28,156 nt of DNA from a virus (lineage: Duplodnaviria; Heunggongvirae; Uroviricota; Caudoviricetes), in IMG/VR virus record IMGVR_UViG_2802429240_000006, positions 1 to 28,156 of that record; one strand, given 5' to 3'. The position numbers were made by a program, and so were the translations under genes. Below the pieces are notes generated by a model. It saw only the letters and a list, made by a program, of their open reading frames with translations. It was not told the DNA's origin and searched no databases. This document shows, piece after piece, positions 1-9,911 of this stretch (the stretch's first letter is position 1; every line of letters begins with the position of its first letter).

Positions 1-1068
1 TTGCAGCAGGAGTATATTGCTGAATACACCCGCTCCGGTATATCTCCGGTGGCATGGTGTGAAGCAAGGGGACTGAATTACGCAACAGCCCGTCGTTACA
101 TCAAAAAACCTCCGAAAAATGCGCAGGCAGAATTGCGCAAAACTGCGCAAAAAAGTGCGCAGAAAAAACCTGCGCAGACTGCGCAAAAGCGGAACGGAAA
201 ATCTCAGAAAAAAAAGTCAGTATCCGATGCGTGCCTGAATGAGGGCGATGCGGAAGAAATTTCATTCTGTCCCGATGAATTCGGTATTTCAGACCAGCAG
301 GCGAAATTCGCAATGCTGGTTGCCCAGGGGAAAAAACTCGTTGAGGCATATCGCCTGGCAGGATACGAGTCAGAGGGGAATGCGGCCTACGTAACCGCCA
401 GCCAGCTCCTAAGAAATCCTAAGGTTTTTCGCGCTATCAGCTACTTCCGCAATCAGTACCAGAAACGCTATACCGCAGACCTGGATTTACTGGTGAGTCA
501 GTTGATGGCCATTGTCCAGGCCGACCCCAATCAGTTGGCACAATTTCGCCGTGTTAACTGCCGTTATTGCTGGGGCGAGAATCACCTCTACCAGTGGCGT
601 GATATTGCAGAATTCGATAAGGCAGCGGCACAGGCCTCCAGAGATGGCAAACCCGAGCCGGAATATGGAGGCCTTGGCTTTGTTGATAACGCCATACCCA
701 ATCCGGACTGCCCGAAGTGCTGCGGTGAGGGAACGGGGCAGCTTTATATGGCTGATACCACTCTGCTTGATGGGGATGCGCGGCAATTATATGCAGGGGC
801 AAAGCTCGGAAAATTCGGCGTTGAGATCCTGCTGGAGGATAAGGCTGCCGCCCGGCGTGAACTTATCAAGCTGATAATGGCGACGAAAGGAAGTTCTGCT
901 GGTGGTGCAACTGACAGTCGCAATGATCTGGAGCTTGAAGGACTGAGGCTTCGCAACGAAAAGCTACGCACTGAGATTGAAAACCTCAAAAAAGGCGTGG
1001 GTGGTGAGAATAACGAAATAATTATCCACAACTCTCTGCCGATGCCGGGAGTGGATAATGTCGATTGA
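1..1068 (+). CDS. Terminase small subunit, possibly 5'-truncated by window edge
   Basis: ORF runs from base 1 (TTG); N-terminal HTH-like region, A/Q/K-rich linker, conserved small-terminase-like segment (MLVAQGKKLVEAYRLAGY), Cys-rich CxxC...CxxCC segment, C-terminal coiled coil; overlaps the next gene (ATG at 1058). Confidence 0.55.
   Translation: MQQEYIAEYTRSGISPVAWCEARGLNYATARRYIKKPPKNAQAELRKTAQKSAQKKPAQTAQKRNGKSQKKKSVSDACLNEGDAEEISFCPDEFGISDQQAKFAMLVAQGKKLVEAYRLAGYESEGNAAYVTASQLLRNPKVFRAISYFRNQYQKRYTADLDLLVSQLMAIVQADPNQLAQFRRVNCRYCWGENHLYQWRDIAEFDKAAAQASRDGKPEPEYGGLGFVDNAIPNPDCPKCCGEGTGQLYMADTTLLDGDARQLYAGAKLGKFGVEILLEDKAAARRELIKLIMATKGSSAGGATDSRNDLELEGLRLRNEKLRTEIENLKKGVGGENNEIIIHNSLPMPGVDNVD
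120..185 (+). repeat. Six copies of the hexamer TGCGCA spaced 9-15 bp apart inside the 5' part of the small terminase gene
   Basis: Read directly: TGCGCA at 120, 134, 144, 156, 171, 180; encodes the peptide repeat (x)AQK. Confidence 0.5.
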
Positions 1069-2386
1069 AATCTACCTCCCAAAACCTCATGAGGGGCAAA
1101 TAGCTGCATGGACGGCGGCAATAGAGGAACGCTTCCACGCGGTATGCTGTGGTCGTCGCTGGGGTAAAACGGTGATGCTGGTGAACATCGCTACCAGTTT
1201 CGCTACGCGGAAATTTGCCGTTCCTACCACCGGGCAACTTATCGCGGGTAGGGTGGGGATTTTTACCGCGCAATACCGCCAGTACCAGGAAATCTGGGAT
1301 GAAATTAGCGCCGTTCTGCAACCGCTGATCCTCAGTCAGTCAAAAAATGAAAAGCGCATCATTCTCCGTAATGGGGGGCGCATCGACTTTTGGGTAACGG
1401 ACAATAACAAACTGGCCGGGCGTGGGCGTAAATATCACGCTGTGCTGATTGATGAGGCCGCATTCACTAAATCGCCGGAAATGCTCGAGGAAATCTGGCC
1501 CCGAGCGATACGCCCGACGCTTGTCGATTACCGCGGCTGTGCGTGGGTATTTTCCACACCAAACGGTATCGACGAGAGCAATTTTTTCTACGCGATATGC
1601 CACGATGAATCCCTGGGATTTGTTATGCACCATGCGCCAACTTCATCGAATCCGTATATTCCGAAAGAAGAACTGGAGGAAACGGAGAAGAAATCCGATC
1701 CGCGCGTCTGGCAGCAGGAATATCTTGCAGAGTTCGTAGACTGGTCCAAAGACGCGTTACTCGATGTCGATAAGCTGCTGGTGGACGGTCAACCAATTGA
1801 GATGCCGCCGTACTGCGACATGATTTTCGCAGTGATGGATACAGCGCTGAAAGGCGGGACCGAAAATGATGGTACTGGCGTGGTGTATTTCTCTTATGAG
1901 TCAACGTATTCGGACGAGCCAAAACTGACGATTATTGACTGGGATGTGACGCAAATTAAAGCGTCATTGCTTCCTGAATATATCCCCGGCGTTTATGACA
2001 ACCTCGAGCGCCTCGCGAAATTATGCCGTCCGCGTCTGGGCAGCCAGGGAATTTTTATGGAAGACGCCGCGATGGGGGCAATCCTCAACCAGAAGGCGGA
2101 AACCGAAGGCTGGGATATGACGCCGATTAAATCGGCACTAACCAGCAAGGGCAAAGACGAACGGGCGGTGATGGCATCCAGCTACCACTATCAGGGGATG
2201 TGCAAAATCGTCCGGGAGGCTTACGACAAGACCGTTTCATTCAAACGCACCACCGCAAACCACCTCATAAAACAAATCGCCGGGTTCCACCTGGCAGACA
2301 AAGACGCGCATAAACGTGCTGATGACCTTTTCGATTGTTACACCTATGGATTGATCATCGCGCACGGTAATTACGCGGCGTTGTAA
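1058..2386 (+). CDS. Terminase large subunit
   Basis: 442 aa; Walker A-like GRRWGKT near N-terminus; position directly after the small subunit with translational coupling. Confidence 0.8.
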   Translation: MSIEIYLPKPHEGQIAAWTAAIEERFHAVCCGRRWGKTVMLVNIATSFATRKFAVPTTGQLIAGRVGIFTAQYRQYQEIWDEISAVLQPLILSQSKNEKRIILRNGGRIDFWVTDNNKLAGRGRKYHAVLIDEAAFTKSPEMLEEIWPRAIRPTLVDYRGCAWVFSTPNGIDESNFFYAICHDESLGFVMHHAPTSSNPYIPKEELEETEKKSDPRVWQQEYLAEFVDWSKDALLDVDKLLVDGQPIEMPPYCDMIFAVMDTALKGGTENDGTGVVYFSYESTYSDEPKLTIIDWDVTQIKASLLPEYIPGVYDNLERLAKLCRPRLGSQGIFMEDAAMGAILNQKAETEGWDMTPIKSALTSKGKDERAVMASSYHYQGMCKIVREAYDKTVSFKRTTANHLIKQIAGFHLADKDAHKRADDLFDCYTYGLIIAHGNYAAL

Positions 2387-2401
2387 AAAATCAGGATATT
2401 T

Positions 2402-3829
2402 TTGATGGCAGAGATCGAGATTACTGGCGGCCTCGGTTCAGCACTGATGCATATTCTTGAGGCTGAAGAAATTCAGCCGGGAACCGACACTGGCTATGAA
2501 TTGTGTAAGCAGCTGTGGCAATTCCATCCTCTGGGCGGAAAACTTGTCGAAAAACCCATACTGATGGCGATGTGTAAGCCGCGCCAGTATAACGTGGAGA
2601 CAGACCCTGACGAGAGGGTTGTGAGGCGTTTTCAGGAGGTATGGGAACGCATGAAGGTCAACGAGAAGATTAAAAATCTGTTTTTTCTGTCTCGTTGCTA
2701 CGGTGCCGCAGCGATCGGCGTGGGCACCGACAGCGTTCCATGTCGTGAACCGCTTCCGACGTTCGGACTGACAGAAGATGACGTGTATATCAACGCGTGG
2801 GACCCGTTGAACGCTTCCGGTTCGATGGTGACTGACCAGAACCCCAACAGCCCGTTTTTCCAGGAAGCCAATAAAAAACTGAAGATTGGTGGGAAAGACT
2901 GGCATCCGTCACGCACACTGAAAATCTTCAACGGCACACCGATTTATCTGGAGTTTCAGAGTTCATCGTTCGGATTCACCGGACGAAGTGTGTTTCAGCG
3001 CGTTCTTTATTCCCTGAAATCCTATATCAACACGATGGAGGCGAATGATCTCGTCAGCCAGAAGGCGGGCGTACTGGTAGCTAAAGTTGTGCAGTACGGT
3101 TCGAAACTTGACGGGATCATGGCTGCCGCCACGGGACGAAAAAGGGAAAACGTCAAAGAGGCAAAAAATAAAGGTGTGCTTAGTATCGGGAAGGATGAGG
3201 ACGTTACCTCGCTAAATCTACAAAACATCGATGGTGCGCTAAACGCTGCACGCGACAATATTATTTCCGATATTGCGTCAGGGAGTGACGTTCCGGCGAT
3301 CCTCATCAAAGAGGAAGCCTTTTCGAATGGTTTCGGTGAGGGGACCGAAGATTCGAAAGCCATCAGCCAGTATATCGATGGTGTACGCCAGCAGATTGAA
3401 CCTGTGATGGATTATTTCGAACGCCTGGTGCAGTACATCGCCTGGAACGAGGAATTTTATCAGTCGCTGAAAAATGATTACCCGGACATCATAACTGATG
3501 ACTATAAAACCACGTTTTACCAGTGGCGACGTGAATTTACCGCGACATGGCAGGAGCTGGTGGAGGAGTCGCCGGACAAACGCCGGGAAAGCGACAGTAA
3601 AGTGATTCAACAGGCGATAGCACTTTTCTCTGCCGTGTCGCCACAGGTTGATCCTGAAAACCGTGCCGCCGTCACTGAATGGCTGGCAAGCCTTGTTAAT
3701 GCCACGCAAACCTATGGCGAAGCTCCACTCATCATTGATGTGGACGCGCTGGCGAATTATGAACCACCGAAGCAGGAGACGCCTGATGGCAATTTCCAGC
3801 CGGGCGGTGAGGAAGAAGAAACGGATTAG
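2402..3829 (+). CDS. Portal protein (putative)
   Basis: 475 aa directly downstream of large terminase; acidic C-terminus (GEEEETD); gene order. Confidence 0.6.
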   Translation: MMAEIEITGGLGSALMHILEAEEIQPGTDTGYELCKQLWQFHPLGGKLVEKPILMAMCKPRQYNVETDPDERVVRRFQEVWERMKVNEKIKNLFFLSRCYGAAAIGVGTDSVPCREPLPTFGLTEDDVYINAWDPLNASGSMVTDQNPNSPFFQEANKKLKIGGKDWHPSRTLKIFNGTPIYLEFQSSSFGFTGRSVFQRVLYSLKSYINTMEANDLVSQKAGVLVAKVVQYGSKLDGIMAAATGRKRENVKEAKNKGVLSIGKDEDVTSLNLQNIDGALNAARDNIISDIASGSDVPAILIKEEAFSNGFGEGTEDSKAISQYIDGVRQQIEPVMDYFERLVQYIAWNEEFYQSLKNDYPDIITDDYKTTFYQWRREFTATWQELVEESPDKRRESDSKVIQQAIALFSAVSPQVDPENRAAVTEWLASLVNATQTYGEAPLIIDVDALANYEPPKQETPDGNFQPGGEEEETD

Positions 3830-4619
3830 GACGCTGTATGAGGTTCTGACGGATGCCGTTAACTACTACGTAAATCACGGGTGGGATAGCGAAAAATCAT
3901 TGCTCGAATGGTGCCGGAAACTCCGTGTAGCCGCTCAGCGAGAAACCCCTGATGATACCGTAGCCAGAAAACACCTCACCGCTATCTACAGCCGTCTTGT
4001 CATCGACGGCGGGGCATTACGGGATCAGCCTCCTGACGGCCCTAAAAAAATCACTGTTGAAAAACTGAAACCTGAGTTTCGTAAGGAACTCGACAGGCGA
4101 ATTTTCGCCAGTGCCAACCTGATAAAACTCAACCGCGAACAGGCTATCGAGAAAACCATACAGCGTTTTCAGGGATGGGTTACGTCCATTCCGCCTGACG
4201 GGGTAAGCGAAATTGATCGCCGGGAAGTGAAGTCCGGTTTTCAGAAGTCCGTGAAGGATATGGATTTTATCAGTCGCCGGGTGGCAATTGATCAGGGGCA
4301 TAAGCTGGCAAGCAACGTTAAGTATCTGCTGGCTGTTCAGAGTGGAGCGATTGCTCTGCGCTGGCATTCTAACTGGCGGCGTCCGGGCTACAAATACCGA
4401 CAGGACCACAAAGAGCGCGACGAGAAAATTTATCTCCTCCGCGATTCGTGGGCGCTGGAGCAGGGGCTGATTAAGCCCGTATATGGTTTTTATGACGAAA
4501 TCACTGCTGCCGGGGAGGAGGTTTATTGCAGTTGCGATGCACTGCCGATCTACGCCCCTCAGAAACTACCCGACGAATTTTTAACGGAGAAGGGCAAACG
4601 TGAGTTTAACCGAGCTTGA
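3786..4619 (+). CDS. Putative head morphogenesis / minor head protein
   Basis: ORF in the frame of track ORF 3648..4619; ATG 3786 chosen (overlaps portal end), GTG 3807 is an alternative start; position after portal. Confidence 0.4.
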   Translation: MAISSRAVRKKKRIRTLYEVLTDAVNYYVNHGWDSEKSLLEWCRKLRVAAQRETPDDTVARKHLTAIYSRLVIDGGALRDQPPDGPKKITVEKLKPEFRKELDRRIFASANLIKLNREQAIEKTIQRFQGWVTSIPPDGVSEIDRREVKSGFQKSVKDMDFISRRVAIDQGHKLASNVKYLLAVQSGAIALRWHSNWRRPGYKYRQDHKERDEKIYLLRDSWALEQGLIKPVYGFYDEITAAGEEVYCSCDALPIYAPQKLPDEFLTEKGKREFNRA

Positions 4620-5922
4620 AGTGGCAGAACGCATCAGGGACGGAACCGTACCGTCTCCGGTGAAATTCTCCAACATGTGGCTGGTGAATTTGCGAATAAC
4701 CGGAACCGGGCTTGCCTATCGCGCCGGGCTGAAAGAGCACGTCTGGCGTGATCCAAAGCTCTATCTGAACGAGGAGTTTTTAAGGCGATGCAATGGCCTT
4801 CCGGTTATCGCAAACCATCCTGACGACGCAGTTCTGACGGAGGAGGACTTTAAATCGCGGATCGTCGGTAGCGTCATGCTGCCGTATATCCGGGGTGATG
4901 AGGTATGGGCGGTGTGCCGCGTTTACCTCCAGAGCATTGTTGAAGAAATCACTGAGGGGGATGTTTCGACAAGCCCGTCGGTGGTGTTCAACAGCACATC
5001 AGGAAATGTGGAAGTACAGGAAGGTGACACCAATTTTTTAATCGAAGGCGTTCCTTTCCTTGTTGATCACATCGCCCTGGTGACGAAAGCCCACGGCTCG
5101 CTGGGCGTGTGGGATAAAGACCGGATCCCCGCAGGGGTTGAAGTGACAAATACAGGTGAAATTGAGATGGAAAAAGAAGAACTCCAGGCCCTGTTACAGG
5201 GGGTGGTGAACGATGCCCTGAGCGGCATTAATCAGAAAATCGATGGAGTAGTCACGCGCATGGACTCACTGGAACAGCGGGACAAAGCGCGGGCGGATGC
5301 CGAAGAGCAGGCGAAAAAAGAGGCCGAAGAAAAGGCCAAAGCCGATGAAGCCGCAGAGGAACAGCGTAAAGCTGATGAAGCTGCGGCAAAGGAGGCGGAA
5401 GAAAAAGCCAAAGCTGACGAGGCAGCAGCCAAAGATGCTGAGGAGAAAGCAAAGGCTGATTCCGAAGCGGAAGAACAGCGTAAGGCCGACGAGGAGGCAG
5501 AAAAAGAACGCAATGATTCTGCCCTGGCAGAAGCGCAGGCAAAAGCCGACTCCGCATTCAGTGCCTGCGGTAAAAACGCGCCAGCACCGTTTTCTGGTGA
5601 AAATGCGCTGGACTACCGCAAGCGTGCGCTAATCGCTATGCAGAAACACTCTCCAGCACATAAGGACGTCAATATTCGCGCGATTGCGGATTCTGCAACG
5701 CTGGCTGTGCTTGAGGACGCAATTTTCAGTGCCGCCCGTCAGTCCATCGAAAAAGAAATGATGAGTACGCAGGGGCAACTGCATAAACGTATCCGCAACG
5801 ATGAAGCCGGGCGTCGCATTACTGAATATCAGGGCGATCCGAACGTCTGGCTGAGTGCCTTCAAAATTCCGGGGCGTCGTCTGGCAAAAATTAACACTCA
5901 AGGGAGCCTGAACAATGGCTGA
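4600..5922 (+). CDS. Putative capsid scaffolding protein (possibly protease-scaffold fusion)
   Basis: GTG start with GGAGAAGGG RBS; globular N-terminal domain followed by long A/E/K-rich coiled-coil repeat region; position before capsid genes. Confidence 0.45.
   Translation: MSLTELEVAERIRDGTVPSPVKFSNMWLVNLRITGTGLAYRAGLKEHVWRDPKLYLNEEFLRRCNGLPVIANHPDDAVLTEEDFKSRIVGSVMLPYIRGDEVWAVCRVYLQSIVEEITEGDVSTSPSVVFNSTSGNVEVQEGDTNFLIEGVPFLVDHIALVTKAHGSLGVWDKDRIPAGVEVTNTGEIEMEKEELQALLQGVVNDALSGINQKIDGVVTRMDSLEQRDKARADAEEQAKKEAEEKAKADEAAEEQRKADEAAAKEAEEKAKADEAAAKDAEEKAKADSEAEEQRKADEEAEKERNDSALAEAQAKADSAFSACGKNAPAPFSGENALDYRKRALIAMQKHSPAHKDVNIRAIADSATLAVLEDAIFSAARQSIEKEMMSTQGQLHKRIRNDEAGRRITEYQGDPNVWLSAFKIPGRRLAKINTQGSLNNG
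5290..5520 (+). repeat. Degenerate tandem coding repeats (~30-36 nt units) encoding EEKAKADEAA / EEQRKADEAA
   Basis: Read directly, e.g. gaagaaaaggccaaagccgatgaagccgca vs gaagaaaaagccaaagctgacgaggcagca. Confidence 0.6.
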
Positions 5923-6532
5923 TATTAACTTTCATCCGTTTAAAAACCGTGGAGCATTTGGTGGCCTTTTTAACGTCGAATCCCGTGGGCTGATGCAGGG
6001 GGATGCGCAGGATGATCCGGCAATTCGTCTGCAACTTTGCTCCGGACGACTGGACAGCAAAATCAGTGAACCGGTATGGGGTGGTGTCGGTGTTATCGAG
6101 TGCATCGCTCCCGCGAAAGACAGCGTTAACGGGGCGGTTATCAAGCAGGCCACGAAGGACGCCTGTAACGCATTTACAGTCTTTAATCAGGCATTTCATG
6201 GCATTACCACGCCGGATAATCCGGTGCCGTTATATCTCGCGGGTGGCTTTGTTCACTATTACCGCGTTGGCTCAGGCGCCCGCATTCCTCTCCCGGTCAG
6301 CGCAGAAGTTGTTGCGCTGGCTGATGGCAATAACACCGTTGCTGCCAGTGGTTTTGTGTGGGATCTGACGAAAAACGTGGTTGATGTTTATTCGGGAACG
6401 CCCGGAGCTAACCCGAAAGTGGACATTAAGTTGCTGATGGTTTCAGTTGACGGAAACCTGACGGTGAAAAAAGAGGACGGCGGTAACGTTGTCTGGGAAA
6501 TCGGTAAGCCGTGCGGCCTGTTTTTAATTTAA
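5915..6532 (+). CDS. Putative head structural protein (decoration or minor capsid)
   Basis: ATG with AAGGGAG RBS; 205 aa between scaffold and putative major capsid gene. Confidence 0.35.
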   Translation: MADINFHPFKNRGAFGGLFNVESRGLMQGDAQDDPAIRLQLCSGRLDSKISEPVWGGVGVIECIAPAKDSVNGAVIKQATKDACNAFTVFNQAFHGITTPDNPVPLYLAGGFVHYYRVGSGARIPLPVSAEVVALADGNNTVAASGFVWDLTKNVVDVYSGTPGANPKVDIKLLMVSVDGNLTVKKEDGGNVVWEIGKPCGLFLI

Positions 6533-6546
6533 GGGGATATTAATTA

Positions 6547-7575
6547 ATGAGCGCATTTACTCCCGCGACTACTATTGTGTCGCCGTCAATGGTGCTGCCG
6601 GAAATGATCGTGCAACAGAGCATGGCTTCCGGGGCGTTTGAAGTCCTGGCTGGCGGTGCTCCAGCGGTAAAAATCAGTTCCAGTGATTTGATGGTCTATC
6701 AGAAATATTTGCGTATGACCTCGCAGGCGCAGGTCAGCCAGTCTCTGCCGGGCCAGTTGCCGTCTTCCAGTATTTCTGGCGGCTATGACGGGATGATGAC
6801 TTACCGAATTTCTTCCCGCTCGCAATACAGCTATCTCGATACTGATGCAGCAGATCGCTGGGGATATTCTCTGATTGAGGGCTTGCGCCTGGCTAACCGC
6901 CAGGGACACGCTCAAATGTTGCGTAATATGCTGCTGTATGGTGTGAATGCAGCTAATAACGAGGGGATCACCAACTCACCTAACGCAGTGACGCTGAATC
7001 TGGGCAACGACAGCAAAGGCAATGATTCTTACACCACCTGGGATTCCGGCGAGATGGCTAAATTTATGCTTGGCCTGATTGCTGACCAGAAAACCCGCAT
7101 GTTGCTGCTGGGGCAGCCATTAACGACTGTCATTCTGAGTCCGCAGCGATTCATGAAGGCGCTGGAGTGGACAGGAATTGTTGAGCTGACCAGTTACCAG
7201 CGTCCTGGTGGTGGTACCGGAACGGTGGGAACGGTGGTTAAAGACGTCGCCGATAAGGCAACAGGCGATGATATCATTTTCTGCCAGGACGACACGCTGA
7301 TCGGTAAGGGCGCTGGTGGTAATGACCTGATCATCGTTACGAACCCGACGATTGAGGTGCCGGAAGCGCGTCACGCCATTAATACCAATATTTTCTCCAC
7401 GCTGGTACCGAACCAGCAGGCCGTCAACGTGATGTTCTGCGACATGGCAGCGCCGACGGAAATCCCGTCCCCTATGCCGGATGGCGGCCTGACCACATTG
7501 TATACCATGCGCGCGACGCCGGGCTGGAACTTCCGCCCGGAGGGGATCACCCTGTTGTCTGCCAAATACGCATAA
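6547..7575 (+). CDS. Putative major capsid protein
   Basis: 342 aa, GGGGA RBS, followed by a strong intrinsic terminator as is common after highly expressed capsid genes; gene order. Confidence 0.5.
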   Translation: MSAFTPATTIVSPSMVLPEMIVQQSMASGAFEVLAGGAPAVKISSSDLMVYQKYLRMTSQAQVSQSLPGQLPSSSISGGYDGMMTYRISSRSQYSYLDTDAADRWGYSLIEGLRLANRQGHAQMLRNMLLYGVNAANNEGITNSPNAVTLNLGNDSKGNDSYTTWDSGEMAKFMLGLIADQKTRMLLLGQPLTTVILSPQRFMKALEWTGIVELTSYQRPGGGTGTVGTVVKDVADKATGDDIIFCQDDTLIGKGAGGNDLIIVTNPTIEVPEARHAINTNIFSTLVPNQQAVNVMFCDMAAPTEIPSPMPDGGLTTLYTMRATPGWNFRPEGITLLSAKYA

Positions 7576-7594
7576 ACGTTCAACCTGATAACGC

Positions 7595-7619
7595 GGGGAG
7601 CTAAATGCTCCCCTTTTTT
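7595..7619 (+). terminator. Rho-independent terminator after putative major capsid gene
   Basis: GGGGAGC-taaat-GCTCCCC stem-loop followed by TTTTTT. Confidence 0.7.
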
Positions 7620-7632
7620 GTGGGAAAAATTT

Positions 7633-8103
7633 ATGAAGCTTTACATCGCTAACTGCTCACGTCAGCCGCACACGTTCAACTACAAACTCCCCGAAAAAAC
7701 GCAGTCGTTCGGTGTGACAATTCCGTCCGGACGTCAGCATATGATCGAAAATCAGTCCGATATTATCGACCACATCATCCGACAGCATGAGCCTTACGGA
7801 TTCCAGCGTTGTGACAAGGTGGACAAGAATTTTTCCGGTATCTGCTATTCCATCGATAAACCTGTGAGCGTCGGTCGCATTGAGGATTGCGCGGAGCAGA
7901 AAACGGAAAATCTGGAATCCATGTCAGAGGAAATTCTTGCGGCCAGCGCCGTATCGCTGAATAACGCAGTGGATCAGGCGGTGATTCAGAGTGGCGAAAA
8001 ACCTCAACCAGGTGGTATTGAAATGGAAATCACCGGGGAAGCGGTTAACACCGAACAGGAAAATCCGCCCAGCACAAAGCGAAATATTAAGGTTAAAAAA
8101 TAA
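7633..8103 (+). CDS. Hypothetical acidic protein with K-rich C-terminus
   Basis: ATG at 7633 (track ORF starts at TTG 7618 inside the terminator); 156 aa; no recognisable motif. Confidence 0.45.
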   Translation: MKLYIANCSRQPHTFNYKLPEKTQSFGVTIPSGRQHMIENQSDIIDHIIRQHEPYGFQRCDKVDKNFSGICYSIDKPVSVGRIEDCAEQKTENLESMSEEILAASAVSLNNAVDQAVIQSGEKPQPGGIEMEITGEAVNTEQENPPSTKRNIKVKK

Positions 8104-8543
8104 TGACCCTGCGTCCGTCACTGGAGGGGTTTATTCGCTTTGTTCGTGACGACATGAAAGTACCGGTTCACGCTATTGCTGACGATGATCCGACGCTGGA
8201 ATGTTGCTTTCAGTCTGCGATGGAGCTAATCCCTCACGATCAGGGGCTGGAGCGTTTACCCATCATCTATGTGCGAACGGTTTATAACGCTGCCGCCTCA
8301 TTTCTCCTGAATTTCGCTCCCGGCTCGTGGTTTGCCGACCTGAGAAAAAAACTCAACCTTGGGAAACTGGCTACCGGGCTTGTCAGCGCGGCAGCAGACC
8401 AGGGGACATCGGGTTCGATCACCATCAGCGACGCGCTGAGTAATCTGTCTTTGCTGGATTTGCAGATGTTACAGGATCCGTATGGACGACAGGTTGTTGC
8501 GGTGCTGATGCAGATGGGCACGGTATGGGGTTACACGCCATGA
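8103..8543 (+). CDS. Putative head-tail adaptor / head completion protein
   Basis: 146 aa; position between capsid and tail genes; overlapping stop/start with neighbours. Confidence 0.35.
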   Translation: MTLRPSLEGFIRFVRDDMKVPVHAIADDDPTLECCFQSAMELIPHDQGLERLPIIYVRTVYNAAASFLLNFAPGSWFADLRKKLNLGKLATGLVSAAADQGTSGSITISDALSNLSLLDLQMLQDPYGRQVVAVLMQMGTVWGYTP

Positions 8544-8980
8544 AACTTTGTTTTGGGGTTATCGACCAGCCGTATGACTACGGCGACGAGCCGGGAAAAA
8601 CCACGTTTGACGTGGCCTGTGACCTCGAGGAGCGATACGAAATTTTTACGCACTTCTGGGAAATGCATAAGGACGAGATTATCCAGGAGGCAGGGGAGAT
8701 GGTTGCGTTCCAGCTCATTCGCCATCTCAAAAATAAAGTGCCGTTGCCACCTGTGCAGGTTATGGGCGATACCCGCGGGATTTTTCACCGTTTTCTGGAA
8801 GCCGAGGAAATGGCCGGGATGACGATTAACGGAAACCCTGTGCCAACTCAGGCCGCGCTACTGGGCGTTAACTCCAGGCTTAAGGACAAATATACCGGAG
8901 AGCGACGTCCGTCATTCATAGACGGCGGCCTGTTTAAGGGCAGCTTTATAGCGTGGATAGATAATAATGCCGAGTCTTGA
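8540..8980 (+). CDS. Hypothetical head completion / neck protein
   Basis: ATG at 8540 overlaps upstream stop (ATGA); 146 aa. Confidence 0.35.
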   Translation: MKLCFGVIDQPYDYGDEPGKTTFDVACDLEERYEIFTHFWEMHKDEIIQEAGEMVAFQLIRHLKNKVPLPPVQVMGDTRGIFHRFLEAEEMAGMTINGNPVPTQAALLGVNSRLKDKYTGERRPSFIDGGLFKGSFIAWIDNNAES

Positions 8981-9911
8981 GGAATTAGCCGAACAGCACA
9001 GTTCGCAGCTCTCGTCCGTTCTTAAATCCGCAGTTGAAACCATCTCGTCAGACCAGGAAATCACGTTCAGGCTCTATGTCCGGCAGGTTCTGCCGCTGGA
9101 TGGCTTTGTCTATTGGGTTAATGCGGAAATCATCAGTTGCGATGAACTGTGTCGCCTGAATATTGAGTCACCAACTCGTCTGAAAATCAAAGGCAGTCTG
9201 CATCGTCAGGTTATTGCGATTCAGGACGAGTCTGTCTCGAAGGATGTGAACAACATTATTTTCACGCCTGTTCAGCAGGTTGATGATTTTAATGTGGAAA
9301 ATCCCGATGCGATCTATCTCGGTGAGTATGGCGGCGTCCAGTTTGCTTTTTCACGAATGGAGAGCCGTTATCAGCAGTCGGGTATTTTTCATTATCGCGG
9401 TATGGCGATTTTACCAACCATGCGCTCTCAGATTATCGACTGCGAGGAGGATATCAGCGACGAGCAGATCATCTCCAACAGCATCCCGATCTGGCTGCAA
9501 ATGAAAGATGCCGCGACCGTGTATCCGTCTTACCTGGTACCGCAGAACCTTCGTCCTCCGTATATCGCGGTGGATGTTCGCAACAGTATTCCTTTGCAGG
9601 TGGCTCCTGTTGTTTTCGGCGGTGAGCGGTTTCAGCTCGTCCAGGATTCGGTTCGCCTGACGCTTTACGGATTCAGCAACAAAATGGCGCTGGATCTTGT
9701 CGACTCGGTGGTGAACAGGGCGCTGGAGGAGGAAAAGTTTGGCGTAACCAATATTCCGGTGGTTCAGGACGCAAAGTCGGGACAGGTTGAAATCAACGCT
9801 CTGGCGAAGAAAAAAATTGTCGATTTTGACGTGAATTACTACCAGAGCACCGCCCGGGAAATATCCCGGCAGTTGATTGAAAAAGTTATTTGTAAATATG
9901 AGGTTAAATAA
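8967..9911 (+). CDS. Hypothetical neck or tail completion protein
   Basis: 314 aa; position immediately before putative sheath gene. Confidence 0.35.
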   Translation: MPSLEELAEQHSSQLSSVLKSAVETISSDQEITFRLYVRQVLPLDGFVYWVNAEIISCDELCRLNIESPTRLKIKGSLHRQVIAIQDESVSKDVNNIIFTPVQQVDDFNVENPDAIYLGEYGGVQFAFSRMESRYQQSGIFHYRGMAILPTMRSQIIDCEEDISDEQIISNSIPIWLQMKDAATVYPSYLVPQNLRPPYIAVDVRNSIPLQVAPVVFGGERFQLVQDSVRLTLYGFSNKMALDLVDSVVNRALEEEKFGVTNIPVVQDAKSGQVEINALAKKKIVDFDVNYYQSTAREISRQLIEKVICKYEVK

